From: an uncultured Candidatus Bathyarchaeia archaeon
GTDB taxonomy: Archaea; Thermoproteota; Bathyarchaeia; Bathyarchaeales; DTEX01
DNA length: 64,000 bases
NCBI GenBank assembly: GCA_964508155.1
Contig: CAZDRE010000001.1
Span: 197,174 to 261,173 of the forward strand
Direction of reading: 5' to 3'
In this document: in pieces, positions 1 to 7,982 of the stretch
Layout of the letters: every line of letters begins with the position of its first letter
Position numbering within the stretch: position 1 is the first letter of the stretch
Notes under the pieces: model-generated
Databases searched by the model: none
Seen by the model: only the letters and a program-made list of their open reading frames with translations
What the model was told of the DNA's origin: nothing
Translations under genes and position numbers: made by a program

Positions 1-2
1 CC

Positions 3-725
3 ATGGTTAAGCTCGTTGAGATGATAGGTGAGCGGAGAGGACTTGGGGATTTACTCGCCGAGGGAACGAAGAGGGCGGCCAAAAAGATAGGTAGGGGAGC
101 TGAGAAGTACGCGGTTCATGTTAAGGGGCAGGAGGTTCCGATGCATGAGCCTAGACTGAAGAGGGCTTTAGGTCTGGGATATGCCGTTTCGCCGACGGGA
201 GCGGATCATGTCCATAATCTACATGATCTTGGACTTGATACGATGAGTAGGAGCCTTCAGGAGCTCGGCTCCTTCGGCATTTTAGAGCCCATCCCACTTG
301 AGGATCTTGGACCTAGAAAGGTTAGGGCTTTAATATACGCCGTGAACTGGCGCGTTCTGGAGAACACCCTTTTACTGTGCATCTTCGTGCCTTGGAGCTA
401 CATACAGGAGGTTGAGATAGTTAGGGCCGTCACTGGCTGGAATACGACGGCTTGGGAGCTGATGAAGGTTGGAGAGCGCGTAACGACCATGGCTAGGATC
501 TTTAATGTTAGGGAGGGCTTCAAGGTGGAGGATGATTGGCTTCCAAGTAGATTCTTCACTCCGCATACTTCAGGCGCGCTCTCGAATACCGCTGTAGATC
601 CAGATAAGCTTAGAAAGGCTAGGAGCATATACTATGAGATGATGGGCTGGGATGAGCAGGGCATACCGAAGGAGATGAAGCTAGAGGAACTCGATATTGG
701 ATGGACTGCGAAACTATTGAAGTGA
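3..725 (+). CDS. aor: Aldehyde:ferredoxin oxidoreductase (AOR) family, C-terminal ~240 aa; the 5' end is cut by the window edge
   Basis: The ORF is open to the window start. The translation shows an AOR-family C-terminal domain pattern (GLGDLLAEGTKRAA, KGQEVPMHEPR, GLGYAVSPTGADH). Confidence 0.85.
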   Translation: MVKLVEMIGERRGLGDLLAEGTKRAAKKIGRGAEKYAVHVKGQEVPMHEPRLKRALGLGYAVSPTGADHVHNLHDLGLDTMSRSLQELGSFGILEPIPLEDLGPRKVRALIYAVNWRVLENTLLLCIFVPWSYIQEVEIVRAVTGWNTTAWELMKVGERVTTMARIFNVREGFKVEDDWLPSRFFTPHTSGALSNTAVDPDKLRKARSIYYEMMGWDEQGIPKEMKLEELDIGWTAKLLK

Positions 726-768
726 TGAAGACCTACAGGAAAGATCACTTGAATCGATGGGTTTTCCT

Positions 769-1662
769 TTATTCAAAGAATCCCTGTAGGAAATCTTTCA
801 GTGATCCATGATGTACAGCCTTCGCCAAGAACTCTGTTCCCTGCTGATTACCCCAGCTATAATAGATTATCGTCTCACCTCTGAATTCGCATAGGTCGAC
901 ATCGGAGTTATTGATGTTTAAGGCTTTACGGATCCTTCTACGCTGCTCGTCGCTCAAATTTGGATTCGCGATCTTCTTATCCTCTTCGGATGGAGACATG
1001 AGGGGATTGTATGGACTGCTCTCCCAATGAGTTAGGTCTCTTGAGCGTATGATGTGAGGCTCATATCTCGGGCCGGGCTTAGCCTCGAGGTAAATCATGT
1101 AGTAATAGTCGTTAAGGAAGCGAAGGGCTGGACATGCAGTGTAGCGATCTTTAGAATAGACATGATCGAGCGGGGATAGTCTCCAATTGATGAGATCCTT
1201 GGACTCGGCAAAGTATATTGTGTAACGGACGCCTACCACCTCCTTAGGTTCGCCTATCTCGATCGCCATCACATAGCCATCCTTGCCCATGCATACGGAG
1301 TTATTGTATATGCCCCATCCCGGCAGTTTCAACGCTAGCTTAGAAGACCACTCCTTGAGATCTCTTGACCAAAAGACCCTTATTTCTGACCCTCCCCACC
1401 TCTCGACTCCATAGACAAATACAACATCATCTTCCACGTATGCGCTGCCTAAGTGATAGCCCCAAGCGAAGGCCGAGATAGGCTTATCCATCTCCACATC
1501 TATAAATCGGAAATATGAGTTTCCAGTCTTATTCTGCCAGTAGTTTGGGCGGACATACTCGAAGAGGTAAAGCCTATCCTGGAATACTATAGGCGTCGTC
1601 TCAACCATGTCACAGTCAACGGCGCCCAACTTTTTAATTGATGGCTTGGATCTTCCAGACAA
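769..1662 (-). CDS. Beta-propeller glycoside-hydrolase-like protein (GH43/GH32-clan-like); function uncertain
   Basis: Intact 297-aa ORF with repeated W/Y-rich blade-like segments. It lies divergent to a GH127-like gene. No catalytic motif could be assigned with certainty. Confidence 0.35.
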   Translation of the reverse strand: MSGRSKPSIKKLGAVDCDMVETTPIVFQDRLYLFEYVRPNYWQNKTGNSYFRFIDVEMDKPISAFAWGYHLGSAYVEDDVVFVYGVERWGGSEIRVFWSRDLKEWSSKLALKLPGWGIYNNSVCMGKDGYVMAIEIGEPKEVVGVRYTIYFAESKDLINWRLSPLDHVYSKDRYTACPALRFLNDYYYMIYLEAKPGPRYEPHIIRSRDLTHWESSPYNPLMSPSEEDKKIANPNLSDEQRRRIRKALNINNSDVDLCEFRGETIIYYSWGNQQGTEFLAKAVHHGSLKDFLQGFFE

Positions 1663-1747
1663 TCCGATAGTCCCATCCGAACTTCAATACTGAATCTGTG
1701 TGCATGTCATCTTAATTCCTAAGCAATAAAAATTTTAGTTCTTAACG

Positions 1748-3652
1748 ATGATCAACCAACGATATGAGATGAGACAATCTAATATTACGCTTAGAAAGAA
1801 AGCCCTTGAGCCATTACCGTTAGGCTCTATTCGACCTGAGGGATGGCTACTAAATCAACTACGCATACAGGCAGATGGCCTCAGCGGACATTTAGATGAG
1901 TTCTGGCCGGACATCAAGGATAGCGCATGGTTTGGAGGTAACGCCGATAATTGGGAGCGTGCCCCCTACTGGCTTGATGGAATAGTTCCCCTCGCATTCC
2001 TACTTGATGATCCGACATTAAAGGCTAAGGTCGAGAAATATATGGATCTTATCATTAAACGTCAAGATAAGAGTGGATGGATAGCGCCAAGCGATGACCC
2101 GGCAAACTATGATCTTTGGGCAGTATTTCTGGTCCTAAAACCATTGATCCAATATTATGATGCTACAGCCGATGAGCGCGTTCCAAGAGTTGTTAAGAGA
2201 TGTTTACGCTGGTTAGATGAGCATATCGGCAGCCATCCATTATTCAATTGGGGAAAATTCAGATGGTTTGAGTGTCTAATAAGCATTTACTGGCTTTATG
2301 AGAGAACTGGGGAGAAGTGGCTTCTGGATCTTGCCGTCAAATTAGAGGCTCAGGGCTTTGACTGGGAAGACTTCTTCGAACGTTGGCCACTAAAGGAGCC
2401 TACTCCAAAGGGAAAATGGAACTACATGGGGCATGTAGTTAATAATGCCATGGCTATTAAGGCCCCCGCACTGTGGTGGCGCCTAACAGGAGACGAGAGG
2501 GACAAGAGGATGACGTATGAGATGATCGAGAAGCTGGATAGATATCACGGCACGGTTACAGGCGTCATATATGGCGATGAATGCTTAGCCGGAAAGAATC
2601 CCTCACACGGCACCGAGTTATGCGCAATCGTTGAGTATATGTATTCACTTGAGATTTTACTCTCCATCCTCGGAGATCCGAAGTTTGGGGATCGCTTGGA
2701 GAAGATAGCCTATAATGCTCTTCCGGCGGCTTTCTCATCGGATATGTGGGCGCATCAGTATGATGAGCAGGTGAATCAAGTTGAGTGTAGCATTAGGGAG
2801 GGCAGGATCTGGACGACTAATTCCGCAGATGCGAATATTTATGGTTTAGAGCCGAATTATGGATGTTGCACAGCGAACTTCAGTCAGGGATGGCCGAAGT
2901 TCGCGGCTCATCTATGGATGCGAACGGCGGATGATGGGTTGGCAGCCGTTGCTTATGCGCCGTGCAGAGTAGCGACTACTATCAGGGGAGTGCCCGTTAG
3001 AGTCGACGTTACTACGGATTATCCCTTCCGAGAGGAGATCGACATAAGCATAGAAGTTGAGGAGACCGTGCAGTTTCCGCTTTATCTAAGAATTCCATCA
3101 TGGTGTGGAGATGCCATACTTGAGATTGATGGGGAAAGGATTGGTCCTCCCGAGGCTGGAGTGTTCTTCAAAGTGGAGAGGATATGGACCGGCAGATCGA
3201 ATATTAGATTGGTATTGCGGATGAAACCACGCATTTACCGTCGCTATCGGAATTCAATAGTCCTCGAACGCGGCCCTCTGGTATATGCATTAAAGATAGG
3301 AGAGAATTGGAGGAAGATACGTGAATACAAATCTTATCGTGGATTTCCAGTTGCTGATTGGGAGGTCTATCCTACAACCCCATGGAATTACGCTCTCGAC
3401 CTAGGCGAGAAGGATCTTGGCAGACTAAGGTTCATTGAGCATCCAATAGGCGAAAGGCCATTCTCACCTGAAGAAGCGCCCATCTCAGTTAAGGTTAAGG
3501 GTATAAGGATAGACTCTTGGAGGCTAGATAGAGGCTCAGCTGGGGAGATGCCAGAAAGCCCAGTCAGCGCGGAGGGAAAACTCGTCGACCTAACACTAGT
3601 TCCTTACGGCTGCACCCACCTCAGGATAGCTGAATTTCCAACAATAAAATAA
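1748..3652 (+). CDS. GH127 / DUF1680-family glycoside hydrolase (beta-L-arabinofuranosidase-like)
   Basis: 634 aa. It has a HGTELCA (E-x-C) motif and a later GCCTANFSQGWPKF motif (Cys-Cys), matching the Zn/Cys catalytic signature of GH127. Confidence 0.7.
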   Translation: MINQRYEMRQSNITLRKKALEPLPLGSIRPEGWLLNQLRIQADGLSGHLDEFWPDIKDSAWFGGNADNWERAPYWLDGIVPLAFLLDDPTLKAKVEKYMDLIIKRQDKSGWIAPSDDPANYDLWAVFLVLKPLIQYYDATADERVPRVVKRCLRWLDEHIGSHPLFNWGKFRWFECLISIYWLYERTGEKWLLDLAVKLEAQGFDWEDFFERWPLKEPTPKGKWNYMGHVVNNAMAIKAPALWWRLTGDERDKRMTYEMIEKLDRYHGTVTGVIYGDECLAGKNPSHGTELCAIVEYMYSLEILLSILGDPKFGDRLEKIAYNALPAAFSSDMWAHQYDEQVNQVECSIREGRIWTTNSADANIYGLEPNYGCCTANFSQGWPKFAAHLWMRTADDGLAAVAYAPCRVATTIRGVPVRVDVTTDYPFREEIDISIEVEETVQFPLYLRIPSWCGDAILEIDGERIGPPEAGVFFKVERIWTGRSNIRLVLRMKPRIYRRYRNSIVLERGPLVYALKIGENWRKIREYKSYRGFPVADWEVYPTTPWNYALDLGEKDLGRLRFIEHPIGERPFSPEEAPISVKVKGIRIDSWRLDRGSAGEMPESPVSAEGKLVDLTLVPYGCTHLRIAEFPTIK

Positions 3653-3755
3653 GGGTGGATATCTCTTCTCCTATGCAAGTGATCTTTATGAGCAGAATCG
3701 AATATCTCAAAGGCTTATAGAACGCTCATACGCATCTGAAACAGGAGATCATTAA

Positions 3756-4176
3756 ATGCCACGAGATAGCGAAGAAAACCATCCTATAAAAATTGCTGAT
3801 GGAATGAAGGTTGAAGATAAAGCCAGAGGCAAGATAGTTCTTGGAACGATCATAGGAGACCTACATGACATCGGGAAGGAGATCATAAAGTCACTGCTCA
3901 TCTCCGCTGAATTTGAAGTCTACGACTTAGGAGTAGATGTGCTTCCTGAAAGATTTGTTGAAAAAGGCAAAAGAAACAGGAGCGAAGATCATAGGCATCT
4001 CAGCACTACTCTCAAAATCAATTGCTAACACAGCGAGGGTCGTTGAAGCGTTGAGGGAAGCGGGGATCCGCGATGAGGTTAAGGTTATAGTTGGAGGCGC
4101 GGCTGCTAGGCCATGGATGGTCAAGAAATATGGCGTAGACGCTGTCGTAAACGACGGATCAGTGGGCTTGAGATAA
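3756..4176 (+). pseudogene. Stand-alone cobalamin (B12)-binding domain protein (corrinoid-protein-like), split by a 1-nt frameshift
   Basis: Two overlapping ORFs (3756-4028 and 3937-4176) together rebuild one ~140-aa B12-binding domain with DxHxxG (GDLHDIG), SxL (ISALLS) and GG (VIVGGAA) motifs. The frames join at the homopolymer gaaaaagg (3961-3967). Confidence 0.7.
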
Positions 4177-4178
4177 TA

Positions 4179-5030
4179 ATGAAGTGGGCGGAAGAGGATT
4201 GAGCGGCGTGAGAGATTCCTCGGGCTCCTCTAGCATGAGAAGCCCATTTGATCCCGCTGGATGTATGGTGCTCCCCAGCATTCGAGGTTAAGTTACGCGG
4301 GCGATTGGACGGTAAGAGGCTAGAAGGGTTATCTCAGGATTTATGGCTTGGCATAAGGTCTGTCGGTCCTGGAGTCTCGGAGGAATTCGTGCGTAGAGGC
4401 GTAGTTCATGAGCCCTTTATTCACTATGGAACAGAAGTGTGGGTCGATGAGGATACTATGGAGGATGAGCGGGGAATAAGACGGCGATTAACGGCTACGA
4501 GAACCGAGAGTTGAGTTGTATACTCACCATTGAAAAATGTCAGTGTAGATTCGCTCGATGATTATCCGTTTCCGGATTCGAATGCTCCAGGTAGGTTCAG
4601 GGTGACGAAGGATGATGCTGAGGAGTATAAGGAGAAGGGATGCTGGGTTGTAGGTCACTTCGGAATCGATACATTCTGGTGTTAGGCTTGGCATCTCAGG
4701 GGCTACAGGCAATTAGCGGTTGACCTTATATGAATCCGAGATTCGTTGAGAAGCTATTGGATTAACTGCTCGAATATTATTTGGGGATAGGAGGGAGATT
4801 GGCGGATCTCGGAGTGGATCAAGTGAATATGATGATGTTGCATGCCAAACTGGTATGATAATCTCTCTTAGATTATGGCGCAGATACATTAAGCCCTATT
4901 TTAGGAGGCTGATAGATGCCTTACGTCCGAGAGTCAAATACATCTTTTATCATCCGGTGGAGACTTGAGGGCTATTAGCCATATATGATGTGGTGAGGAA
5001 ATATGGCAGGTATCCACTATGACCGTGAAT
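4179..5030 (+). pseudogene. Decayed uroporphyrinogen-decarboxylase (URO-D) family methyltransferase (MtaA/MtbA-like)
   Basis: There is no long ORF, but fragments in all three frames align in order to the intact paralog at 42126-43187: ERRERFLGLL*HEKP, IPLDVW, VDEDTMEDERGIRRR, GRFRVT..GCWVVGHFGIDTFW, SLRLWRRYIKPYFRRLIDALR..KYIFYH, and YDVVRKYGRY at the C-terminus. It carries multiple stops and frameshifts and an internal deletion of ~90 codons. Confidence 0.65.
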
Positions 5031-5063
5031 CCCCTGTAGATCATAGCCTAAATGATGTTTAGA

Positions 5064-6308
5064 TTAAACTTTGAGACTTGTCTCGTTTGGTTTAGATTTT
5101 GAGAGTGTAGAGGCTGCGAATATGAGGCATGAGCTGAGGAGTATTATGCCTAACGATAGGAAAGAATCTGTATATCCAACCGTTACGGATAGGATTAGAC
5201 CCGTTATGACTGGACCTGACATTTGACCTATATCCATTATCATCGCTAGGAAGCCCATGGCCGCTCCGTATAGGTCTTCTCTGGCCAAGTCTCCAACGAG
5301 AGCCGGAGCGGCGGAGGTGACCATCGAATAGCTCAGCCCATAAGTTATGGATATCAATAGTAGGATGGGGAAGCATGTTGTGAATGGGATTGCTGAGAGG
5401 CTGACTGCGCCGATAAGAAGCCCAAGGATTATCGGTATTCTCCTCCCGATCCTGTCTGAGAGCCTCCCCATAAATGGGTTTATTAAGGGGATGAATACGA
5501 GCTGCGAGCCCGTTATCACGCCTATAAGTAGGGGATCAAGCATCACAACATTCTTTAAGTATCCGACTAGAAAAAACTCGAGGGCTCCATAGGAGTATCG
5601 AGTTGATGCCTCAACCAGTCCAGCGGCTAATATTCCGCGATTCGCCGCTACAACACTCCATCCATCCATCAGCCTAGGAGATCTAAATGATAGGTTCATT
5701 TTCGGCTTCTCTTTAAGCTTCTCTTCTTTCAGTAAGACGAGCGTTATGAGGAATGCTGTTATCCCGGCGACTCCCACAGCGAGGTATAAAGCTCTAAAGT
5801 TCCAGACAGTCATGTAGAGAATGAAGCCGCCGAGGAACGGAGCTACAGCCCGTCCGACAAGTGTCGCCGAAGTGAATGTTGAGATCTTCTCTCCCCTGCT
5901 CGACGGGAACATCTCAGCTATCGCCGCTCTAGCCACAGGCACGAATATTGCCGTTGCGAATCCGTGGTAGAAGCGCACGAGGATCAGTTGCCACCACGAA
6001 TCTATTAGGATGTAGAGGAAAGGGGCTGAGGCGAAGATCACGGCTGAGAAAAGTAATACTCTCCTCCTACCGAGGATATCCGAGAGTGAACCTGCAGGGA
6101 GACTTATAAGGACTCCCGGCACAGTTGAGGCAGCTGCAACGGTGCCCATAAGCGCCTCAGGCGTATTCAAGCTTTCAGCGAATGGATTGAGAACAGGATT
6201 CTTCGACATAGTTGAGCTTAATATTGCTACTGCCCCGATTATGCATAGAATAGCGAAGAATGAACCTTTAACAGCGGCTTCTCGCGCCAATCTAACCGTC
6301 AGCTCCAC
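5064..6308 (-). CDS. Major facilitator superfamily (MFS) transporter
   Basis: 414 aa with about 12 hydrophobic segments and the MFS loop motif GSLSDILGRRRVLL between TM2 and TM3. Confidence 0.8.
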   Translation of the reverse strand: MELTVRLAREAAVKGSFFAILCIIGAVAILSSTMSKNPVLNPFAESLNTPEALMGTVAAASTVPGVLISLPAGSLSDILGRRRVLLFSAVIFASAPFLYILIDSWWQLILVRFYHGFATAIFVPVARAAIAEMFPSSRGEKISTFTSATLVGRAVAPFLGGFILYMTVWNFRALYLAVGVAGITAFLITLVLLKEEKLKEKPKMNLSFRSPRLMDGWSVVAANRGILAAGLVEASTRYSYGALEFFLVGYLKNVVMLDPLLIGVITGSQLVFIPLINPFMGRLSDRIGRRIPIILGLLIGAVSLSAIPFTTCFPILLLISITYGLSYSMVTSAAPALVGDLAREDLYGAAMGFLAMIMDIGQMSGPVITGLILSVTVGYTDSFLSLGIILLSSCLIFAASTLSKSKPNETSLKV

Positions 6309-6783
6309 CTAGCATTCTATAGCTTCTCTCGCCTATATGCTTTGGGAGACCGATGTCTTCTCGAATGAATATCATTCCGCCACGCATGGAGTATCCAACT
6401 ATATCTCCGTCACGCTCATAAACTACTATCTTATCCTTATTTATGGTATTTCCAACGCCATCCTGAGCATCGCCGTGAATATAAATTGTAGGTCTATTCA
6501 TGAACGCTCCAAATCATTACCACGAGTCGGTTAAATGCGCAGTTCAGTTTAGCCTATAAGCCCGGTTCCAATGTATCTTTGACCCCTTCAGGTTGTATAG
6601 ATTGATCCTTTCATATTTGCCGCTGTAGGATTTTAGGAGAATATTGAGAATCCACCGGAGTCTTATCATCTCGGATGCCGGGCAATATGCATGTCCCGTA
6701 TAGACTCTCCCAAAATCTTTACTTTGGAGAAGGCGGCTTCGGCTGATGCGCGATTTACGGCGATCAGCATTCATATTCTGCAC
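6292..6783 (-). pseudogene. Disrupted GXGXG-motif protein (glutamate synthase domain-3 / FwdC-like)
   Basis: ORF 6292-6501 encodes IYIHGDAQDGVGNTINKDKIVVYERDGDIVGYSMRGGMIFI, which is GXGXG repeat pattern. ORF 6544-6783 resembles the N-terminal part (ERINLYNLKGSKIH). The two pieces are separated by stop codons. The C-terminus is missing and overlaps the MFS gene start. Confidence 0.45.
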
Positions 6784-6879
6784 TATTACCCCTAATCCGG
6801 TAAGATCCGGAATTAATGGAATATATTAGTAAAAAGGCATATATGGATTGATAAAGGATATAAATAAAAAATATATGGA

Positions 6880-7971
6880 ATGTTGGAGATGATGAAGAAG
6901 AAACTAGAGTATAGGAAGATACAGCGGGTTGGGAAGGGATCCTTTATTTTAACTCTCCCTAGAGAATGGGTTAAGGAGGCGGGTTTGGATAAGGGAGATC
7001 ACGTCGCGGTTATAATGCAGGATGATCAATCTCTTCTTCTTATTCCAAGGAAGATTCTTGATGAAAGGGAGAAGGAGGAAAGGGCTCAAAGGGAATTTAG
7101 GATTCACGTTGGGGCGGAGAGTGATATTGAGTCTGTATGCCGCATGATCAGATCATTGTATGTTGTCAGTGCAGATCTAATACATATCTGCTTTAAGAGT
7201 AAGGTTCCTCCGGAGTATAAAACTGCAATAAGGCATCTGAGCAAAAACCTCATGCTTGGATCCGAGATAATCCGCGAAACCGACAATGAGATCACCCTGC
7301 AGATCCTTATTGATCACCCGGATTTTCCCGTTGATCAGGCCATCAGAAGAATGGCCGTACTCGCGCTTTCAGCGAATCAAGAGGCCATTTCGGCTCTTCA
7401 AAAATGTGATAGGCACACGATCGAGATAATCTCTGAGACATGTAATGACGTTGAGAGACTTAATCTCTATGTGATACGTCAGCTAAAATATTATTTGGAG
7501 CGGAAGGATCCTGAAGCTTTGGGATTTAAGAGCCCAAAGGAATTCTTGGGTTATAGGATAATCGCGAATGAGATTAAGGAGATAGCCGATAACGCATTGA
7601 ACATCGCGAACAACATAGAGACGGTGCAGAATATGATAAAGGATCAGATGCTCCTGCTGAATCGTTCTTTAGATGAGGAGCTATATACGCAGATTTTGGA
7701 ATTTAACTCAAAGGCGCATCGGTTCTTTGAGGAGGCTCTGAACGTCCTCTTCAGAAGAGACTATGAGGGAGCTGACAGGCTGATCTCCGAGTATCAGGCG
7801 ACTACCAGATTGGAGAATGACATAGTCATCATGCTATCATCTAAGAAGCTCGACCCGAACATATCAGCGATCCTAAGGCTTATCATGAATAACTCAAGAA
7901 AGATCATTGAAGGCGGGAGAAACATAGCTGAGATCACGCTTAACCGAACTGTAGAGGAAAAAGTAGATTAG
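6880..7971 (+). CDS. AbrB/SpoVT-type DNA-binding domain fused to PhoU-like repeats (archaeal phosphate-uptake-regulator-like)
   Basis: The N-terminus RKIQRVGKGSFILTLPREWVKEAGLDKGDHV is a SpoVT/AbrB swapped-hairpin pattern. It is followed by two helical PhoU-like repeats. An AT-rich TATA-like box (gatataaataaaaa) lies ~20 nt upstream. Confidence 0.7.
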   Translation: MLEMMKKKLEYRKIQRVGKGSFILTLPREWVKEAGLDKGDHVAVIMQDDQSLLLIPRKILDEREKEERAQREFRIHVGAESDIESVCRMIRSLYVVSADLIHICFKSKVPPEYKTAIRHLSKNLMLGSEIIRETDNEITLQILIDHPDFPVDQAIRRMAVLALSANQEAISALQKCDRHTIEIISETCNDVERLNLYVIRQLKYYLERKDPEALGFKSPKEFLGYRIIANEIKEIADNALNIANNIETVQNMIKDQMLLLNRSLDEELYTQILEFNSKAHRFFEEALNVLFRRDYEGADRLISEYQATTRLENDIVIMLSSKKLDPNISAILRLIMNNSRKIIEGGRNIAEITLNRTVEEKVD

Positions 7972-7982
7972 ACGATCCTCTC

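Noticed and set aside
722-728. A GTGATGA C-box-like heptamer overlapping the AOR stop codon
   Set aside because: There is no D' or D box (CTGA) at a compatible distance in the 43-nt convergent spacer.
3955-3970. Programmed frameshifting in the corrinoid-protein gene at the A5GG run
   Set aside because: The adjacent partner gene is heavily decayed, so pseudogenisation, or a homopolymer sequencing error, is more parsimonious than recoding.
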